Assembly: GCA_963737905.1 (NCBI GenBank)
Contig: CAVTUQ010000022.1
Location: 128,001-192,000 of the forward strand
Direction of reading: 5' to 3'
DNA from: an uncultured delta proteobacterium
GTDB taxonomy: Bacteria; Desulfobacterota; Binatia; UBA9968
Length of the DNA stretch: 64,000 nt
In this document: positions 58,723-64,000 of the stretch, piece by piece
Numbering within the stretch: the first letter of the stretch is position 1
How the letters are laid out: each line of letters opens with the position of its first letter
Notes under the pieces: generated by a model
Told to the model about the DNA's origin: nothing
The model's input: only the letters and a program-made list of their open reading frames with translations
Database searches by the model: none
Translations under genes and position numbers: made by a program

Positions 58723-60975
58723 CTAGCGCTTGGAAAATTCCCGATAATGGAAAGCAAAGGATGTCGTCAAGAAAAAATCTTTCACAACCGCCGTTGTCAA
58801 TTTCCACGGTCGGATCTGCGATAGCTTCATTTGCCGCAGGTTCGTCAGAGTATGAGACCAGATCCGCTGTAACTCCTGGCGCGAATAGACGACTCGGTTG
58901 TTGAGGGCATCAAACTTAATAAAACTTAACCGGGCTTTCGACGGTAGCGAATCTCGCAATCGGGCATAGGCATCGTGCCACTCGTGTAGGCGGTCTCCCA
59001 GCCGGATGCTGGCATGAATAATATTGTACATTTCATCGAGCCCGCGGTGTGCGGCTTCGCTTTCACGGAGGCGCAACTCTTGAATTCGCTCCCGCAGAAC
59101 CCCCCACTGCTTTAGGAAGCGGTCCAGATCTTTCCGGGTAAGTAGGATCCTTGACGATAGTTCTTCCAAGGGATCCAGCAGGGCTCGCACTTTATCCGGC
59201 AAGGCTCCTTGGGCATTGCTATAGACCTTTTGCAGCTCGGCAATACGCAGCGCCTGCCACACCTCGGCTTGAAGTTTCTGCAGCTGTTCGATCCAATGTT
59301 CTTCGGTGTCGCTTTTCTTTCTAGTTTGCAGCCACACTTCCTCCATTTCCTTGAGGAACTTGGCCCAGAAGATGAAAAGATGGGTAATCTCCTTGATGCG
59401 TTTCCAGGCGTGGATGGGTACCGAGTCGATGACAAATCCGGATCGTCGATTCTTGCGATCCTTCAGGCGGAAGAAGCCTGCGACCATCGGATGTTGTTTC
59501 TCAATCAAGGCTGCGTTCTTGTACCAGAAAAAGATGGACATGAGGTTCCAGTAGTTCTTGGGGTGGTTACTCCAGCGCGAAAGGACCTTGATCATGTTTT
59601 CTTTGCTGTAGAAAGTCTCCCAGGCGTTCTCATAGGCATGGGTCCATTCCTCGGCCGTCATGCGCGGATGATTTATGGTTGCGTGAAACGAATCGCGTTT
59701 GTTGAAATCTGGATCCATCCATTCACCGCGCTTCCTCATTTCGCGATGGTCATGGGAGCCCGGCAGCGGCGTCAACATAAAAAAGGACGCTTGATCGGGA
59801 CCAACCTCATCCATGAGAAAGCGAATATCCTCGGGCACTTGATCTTTGGAATCCCACGGCAGGCCGATGATATAGCCCGTGTGTACGACCACGCCGGCGT
59901 CGTGCCATTCTTGAATGATGTTACGGTACTCTTCGACGTTATTTTGCTTCTTGCCTTCGGCCTTCAGGTTCTCCGGGTTGACGCTCTCCATCCCAATGAA
60001 CACTTGGGTGCAGCCGGCCTTGCCCGCAAGTTGCACGAACTCCTTCGGCTTCTTTGCCAGGTCGACTTGCATCATAAAGGTTATCTGGAGACCTTCTTCA
60101 CGCAGCTTGATGATCTCTTCGAAAGTCTCGCGCCAATATTTCTTACGGGCAAAATTATCGTCAGTAAAGAAATAAAAGGAGATACCGTGCTCCAAGTAAT
60201 TCCGCCGTATCATGGCGGCGATACTTTTCGGGCTTCTTTCCCTCATCTTGCGACCCTGAACATTGATAATCGTACAAAAGCTGCAGGCGAACGGGCAGCC
60301 GCGTGAAGTGTCGGCCGTACCGAAAGAAGGATAGGCAAAATGGTCCATCGTCTTAGGGCTGGTTTTCGGCAAGGGTGCTGAGCCGATATCTACCAAGTTC
60401 TGCAGGTCCTGCGCGAAGCTATAAAGCGGTTGCAGCCGATCTTGAAGAAAGTCGGCTAGGATCATTTCCCATCGCCCTTCGACCTCACCGGAAACGACGC
60501 AAATCGAGTCGCGAATCAACTCCTGAATATCGGGTTCTTGCTCTCCCAACATGTTGATCGTGCCGCTGGTATGAAAACCGCCCATGATCACCGAGATCCC
60601 TGCCGTTCTAAGGATTCTTGCCATGTCCAAAGCGCGCGGAAACTGATTGGTTTGTACGCCGACTAAACAGACCAACAGTTTAGTACCGGGATTGCGGCCC
60701 CAGCGAATGATCTTCTGGAGCGGAACCTTCTCTGCGGTTTCGTCGAAGGTAACAACCTCGATTGGAAGATCCGCAAAGACGCGGCGTTCCTTTACGTCTT
60801 CAGTCAAACCATGAAGTACGTTGAGGGTATTGCTGGGCAGAACCCCTTTCCAGAAGCGTATCACATAACCCTCGTCGTCATACTTGGAGGGCTTGATCAA
60901 CACAATGCGAAATCTTTCGATTCGCTGTGGCAGGGCTACTCGCGGCTTGAAAACGCTTGTAAGTCGGCGCAACAT
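58723..60975 (-). CDS. Radical SAM protein with B12-binding-type N-domain and long helical C-terminus
   Basis: IMGGFH, SGEVE, SRGCPFACSFC, TDDNF, FIGMES, LTPLPGS. Confidence 0.85.
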   Translation of the reverse strand: MLRRLTSVFKPRVALPQRIERFRIVLIKPSKYDDEGYVIRFWKGVLPSNTLNVLHGLTEDVKERRVFADLPIEVVTFDETAEKVPLQKIIRWGRNPGTKLLVCLVGVQTNQFPRALDMARILRTAGISVIMGGFHTSGTINMLGEQEPDIQELIRDSICVVSGEVEGRWEMILADFLQDRLQPLYSFAQDLQNLVDIGSAPLPKTSPKTMDHFAYPSFGTADTSRGCPFACSFCTIINVQGRKMRERSPKSIAAMIRRNYLEHGISFYFFTDDNFARKKYWRETFEEIIKLREEGLQITFMMQVDLAKKPKEFVQLAGKAGCTQVFIGMESVNPENLKAEGKKQNNVEEYRNIIQEWHDAGVVVHTGYIIGLPWDSKDQVPEDIRFLMDEVGPDQASFFMLTPLPGSHDHREMRKRGEWMDPDFNKRDSFHATINHPRMTAEEWTHAYENAWETFYSKENMIKVLSRWSNHPKNYWNLMSIFFWYKNAALIEKQHPMVAGFFRLKDRKNRRSGFVIDSVPIHAWKRIKEITHLFIFWAKFLKEMEEVWLQTRKKSDTEEHWIEQLQKLQAEVWQALRIAELQKVYSNAQGALPDKVRALLDPLEELSSRILLTRKDLDRFLKQWGVLRERIQELRLRESEAAHRGLDEMYNIIHASIRLGDRLHEWHDAYARLRDSLPSKARLSFIKFDALNNRVVYSRQELQRIWSHTLTNLRQMKLSQIRPWKLTTAVVKDFFLTTSFAFHYREFSKR

Positions 60976-61090
60976 CTTTTATAGATAGGCCAATAAATTC
61001 AATATTTTGGCAACTGTAACAGCCACCTATATTCATGTCAAGTCTTTTTCAGAGTTGGTGCCGTCTCAGCTGCTTCTAACGGCAGTTTTC

Positions 61091-61777
61091 ATGATCCAAC
61101 TCTTGCATGTATCGAAAATATACCCGCCGAACACTGCAGCTCTCAAAAATATCACTCTGGAGATAGCGCGAGGGGAGTTGGTTTTTTTGGCCGGACCGAG
61201 CGGTGCGGGGAAAACGACGTTGCTGAAGCTACTCTTCCGGGAAGAGCACCCTTCCAAGGGCGAAATATTTATGAATGGCAAGAAGGTAACCACCCTCAAC
61301 AGCCGGGGAGTTGCTCGACTGCGGCAGCAGATGGGTCTCGTGTTTCAAGAATTCAAGTTCCTGCCGCACATGACGGCCCTCGACAATGTTGCCTTCGCGT
61401 CCCTAGTGACCGGTGCGCCGCGAAGGGCCAGCTACATCAAGGCGTATCATTTGCTTCGCGAATTCGGGCTGCGGGAAAAGGTTGAGGCCAAGCCTCTCGC
61501 CCTTTCCGGAGGCGAACAACAACGCGTCGCCATCGCGCGGGCGTTGATGAACGACCCGCTAGTTGTGCTGGCTGACGAGCCTACGGGAAACCTGGATGCA
61601 GACCTGGCAGAAGAGATCCTGCGTCTCTTTCTCAAGATCCGGGAGCGGGGAACCACCATCCTCGTCGCGACCCACAATCTGGATCTCGGCCGGCGATACG
61701 GGACGCGGGTTCTTTCTCTTCAGGAAGGTTGCTTGGTGGACGACTTGAACCTCCCCAAAGAGGGTCGCGCCGGGTGA
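61091..61777 (+). CDS. ftsE: Cell division ATP-binding protein
   Basis: [37 protein letters not shown]; precedes ftsX. Confidence 0.92.
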   Translation: MIQLLHVSKIYPPNTAALKNITLEIARGELVFLAGPSGAGKTTLLKLLFREEHPSKGEIFMNGKKVTTLNSRGVARLRQQMGLVFQEFKFLPHMTALDNVAFASLVTGAPRRASYIKAYHLLREFGLREKVEAKPLALSGGEQQRVAIARALMNDPLVVLADEPTGNLDADLAEEILRLFLKIRERGTTILVATHNLDLGRRYGTRVLSLQEGCLVDDLNLPKEGRAG

Positions 61778-62673
61778 AGCGATCACAGCTGGGTCTCGTC
61801 GGCCGCCGCGTGTGCGGTAGCCTCTGGGCGCGGTTTTGGACACACGTGCTCACCGCGGGAACGATGGCGATCACTCTGTTTGTATTCGGAGGGTTCATGC
61901 TGGCAGAGGAAAATCTTCAAAACCGGCTCAAAGGCTGGGGGGATCAAATTCAAATCAATGCTTACTTGGACAAAGGTTTGGGCACCGGGGAGGTATCGCT
62001 GCTGCGTGATAAGATACAAAATTTTTCTGAAGTGGAGCGGATTCGCCATATTTCCCGGGAGCAAGCTTGGAAAGATTTTCGCGCGGCCCTGGGGGCAAAC
62101 TCTAATGTATTGGAAGGTCTTCCCGAAGATGTCTTGCCCGCATCCTTCGAGATCTTCGTCAAGCCAGCCTATCGGGATGGACCGATGGTCGAGGCATTGG
62201 CCAACCGGCTACGGAGAGAAAAGGGACTTACCGCCGTTGACTATCCGCAAGCATGGGTCGACAGGTTGAGTCTCGTGGGCCTGGCTCTGCAATGGGCAAA
62301 GTGGCTACTCGGCGGGATTCTTTTCATTGGCACATTTTTTATCGTCCGGAGCACGGTGCGCCTAGGCATCTTAGCACAGAAAGACGAGATTGAAGTCATG
62401 CAATGGATAGGCGCGCCCGAGGAACTCATTCAGGCTCCGTTCGTCATCGAAGGCCTCATCCAAGGAATCATCGGGGCGGGGTTGTCGGTCCTGGGGCTAT
62501 GGTCTTTAGTGTTGTTACTGCGTGATCAAATGCCGACTTCAATCATTTTTTTTGGCAGCTTGGCCCAGCTCCAATTTATCGATTGGAGAAGCATCGCTCT
62601 CATCCTCGCTATCGGATCGTTGTTGGGAGCATCCGGCAGTCTGTTCTCCCTTCGGAGGTTCATGAAGAGATGA
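61774..62673 (+). CDS. ftsX: Cell division permease
   Basis: ISREQA, LPASFEI, EIEVM..IGA...I.APF.IEG; 4 TMs. Confidence 0.9.
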   Translation: MKRSQLGLVGRRVCGSLWARFWTHVLTAGTMAITLFVFGGFMLAEENLQNRLKGWGDQIQINAYLDKGLGTGEVSLLRDKIQNFSEVERIRHISREQAWKDFRAALGANSNVLEGLPEDVLPASFEIFVKPAYRDGPMVEALANRLRREKGLTAVDYPQAWVDRLSLVGLALQWAKWLLGGILFIGTFFIVRSTVRLGILAQKDEIEVMQWIGAPEELIQAPFVIEGLIQGIIGAGLSVLGLWSLVLLLRDQMPTSIIFFGSLAQLQFIDWRSIALILAIGSLLGASGSLFSLRRFMKR

Positions 62674-63827
62674 AGAGGATGAGTCGACGATCATCCCTTT
62701 ACGTATTCGTACTGCTCTTTTTTTGCGGATTCCGGCTCGATGCCGCCAGCGTCGGCAAAGACCTCGAAGGAATCAAGAAGAAAATAGAAAGACAGCGACA
62801 GGGAATCAATCAGGTACAAAAAAGAGAGGGATCGGCGGTCCAGGCACTGGGTCAAATCGAAAAAGATTTGAAAAAGAAGACCAACGACCTGAAGACGGCA
62901 AACTCCACGCTTGCTTCGATCTTGAGTGAACTGCAGCAGGAAGAGATCGCGGCAGGGCGACTCAAAGTCTCCCTGGATCAGAGACGGGAGCTGCTGATGA
63001 AACGGGCCGTTGCACTTTATCGCTGGCACCGAGGTGGGGGTCCCTTTTCGCTCCTTAGCGACGACGTCCCGCCTGGAGTTTTACTGCAGCGCAAGCGTTA
63101 TTTGGAAGCGACCGTTTTGTTCGATCAAGAGCTGGTTCAGAAATTGAGCGACGAGGCGACCTCCCAGGAGACTGTCAAAAGAGCGCTGGCGCGCAAAAGA
63201 GAAGAACTGGACGACCAAAGACGAATGCTCGCCAAGGTCCAGGATTCAGTCCGCAAGGACGCCGAAAAGAAAAAAGAGCTCCTTGCAAGTCTTCGGCAGG
63301 AGAAAGCGGGTCGCGTTCGAGCCCTCAAGGAGTTGGAGCAAGCGGCACTGCGTCTCCAGAAGATGATGGATGAAATGTCCCGACGCGCTGTGAGCAAACC
63401 GCCGGAATTCCCTCCCGGGATAGGACTCGAAGCCATGAAAGGAAAACTCGAGTGGCCAGTGCGAGGAAAAGTCACCGGGGGTTTTGGCAAAATCAGACAT
63501 CCTGAGTTTTCAGCCGAAGTCTTTCGAAAAGGCATTGATATCGAAGCGCCCATCGGCGAGGAAATTAGGGCAGTCGAGAAGGGCCGGGTAGTGTTCGCGG
63601 AACACTTTTCTGGCTATGGCAGGATGGTGATCATCGATCATGGAGAGCGTTACTTTAGTGTTTATGCGCATCTGTCTGAAATCATTAAGAAACTCGGCGA
63701 GACGGTAAAGCGAGGCGAAACCCTGGGGCGGGTGGGCGATAGTGATTCCCTCGCCGGCTCACGGCTTTACTTCGAGATGCGCAAGGATGGCAAGTCCATA
63801 GACCCCTTGCCATGGTTTCGAAAATAA
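62670..63827 (+). CDS. envC: EnvC-like coiled-coil M23-domain murein hydrolase activator
   Basis: Signal peptide, long coiled coil, WPVRG, GIDI, YAHL, LYFEMR (lacks HxH). Confidence 0.85.
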   Translation: MKRMSRRSSLYVFVLLFFCGFRLDAASVGKDLEGIKKKIERQRQGINQVQKREGSAVQALGQIEKDLKKKTNDLKTANSTLASILSELQQEEIAAGRLKVSLDQRRELLMKRAVALYRWHRGGGPFSLLSDDVPPGVLLQRKRYLEATVLFDQELVQKLSDEATSQETVKRALARKREELDDQRRMLAKVQDSVRKDAEKKKELLASLRQEKAGRVRALKELEQAALRLQKMMDEMSRRAVSKPPEFPPGIGLEAMKGKLEWPVRGKVTGGFGKIRHPEFSAEVFRKGIDIEAPIGEEIRAVEKGRVVFAEHFSGYGRMVIIDHGERYFSVYAHLSEIIKKLGETVKRGETLGRVGDSDSLAGSRLYFEMRKDGKSIDPLPWFRK

Positions 63828-63896
63828 TAGATATTTCCAAAGTGTTGGGATAGAATCATCGAACTGGATGTTTCGACTTCACCGAGGAGACTGACT

Positions 63897-64000
63897 ATGC
63901 GAATGACAAAGCGCGGCTTCCCGGTCATCCTGCTGCTCGTAGGGATGGCCCTCGGGTTCTTTCTAGCAGCTCAGTGGGTGCCGAGTGTTTCGGCAGTCCC
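63897..64000 (+). CDS. 5' end of exported protein, probably S41 carboxy-terminal peptidase (partial)
   Basis: GAGGAG RBS and signal-peptide-like MRMTKRGFPVILLLVGMALGFFLA; identity inferred only from the common ftsEX-envC-ctpA order. Confidence 0.5.
   Translation, partial: MRMTKRGFPVILLLVGMALGFFLAAQWVPSVSAV

Noticed and set aside
63440-63827. M23 domain lacking zinc ligands as a novel pseudoenzyme
   Set aside because: Expected for EnvC-type amidase activators next to ftsEX.

Overview
Gene-dense bacterial chromosome segment, about 55-60% GC. Gene content and intergenic repeat types suggest a deltaproteobacterial-like lineage, possibly Ca. Binatia (inference). Single-base indels are frequent, even in essential leuS, which points to long-read consensus error rather than true pseudogenes. 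Left third (accessory): end of a liv-type ABC operon, then a co-oriented minus-strand block with a PaaK-like CoA ligase, a 4-hydroxybenzoyl-CoA-reductase-like Mo/FAD/FeS trimer, two UbiD-family enzymes, an uncalled 49-aa zinc-ribbon protein, an ABC binding protein, a MazF-type TA pair and an ADP-forming acyl-CoA synthetase. The rest is mostly housekeeping: acnA, rlpA, yebC-ruvCAB, ntrY-like kinase, queG, yceD-rpmF-plsX-fabD-fabG-acpP, rpiB-glyA-nrdR-ribD-ribE-ribBA-ribH-nusB-leuS-lptE, rpsT, tatC, hppA, tRNA-Leu(UAA), ftsEX-envC. Best leads: (1) an in-frame receiver-domain/LpxC fusion directly behind an NtrY-type sensor kinase, suggesting phospho-control of the committed step of lipid A synthesis; (2) a ~200-nt end-paired structured RNA candidate between rpsT and tatC; (3) the UbiD/HCR-like aromatic cluster; (4) a RibBA with a degenerate DHBP-synthase half; (5) a trypsin-PDZ pseudoprotease.
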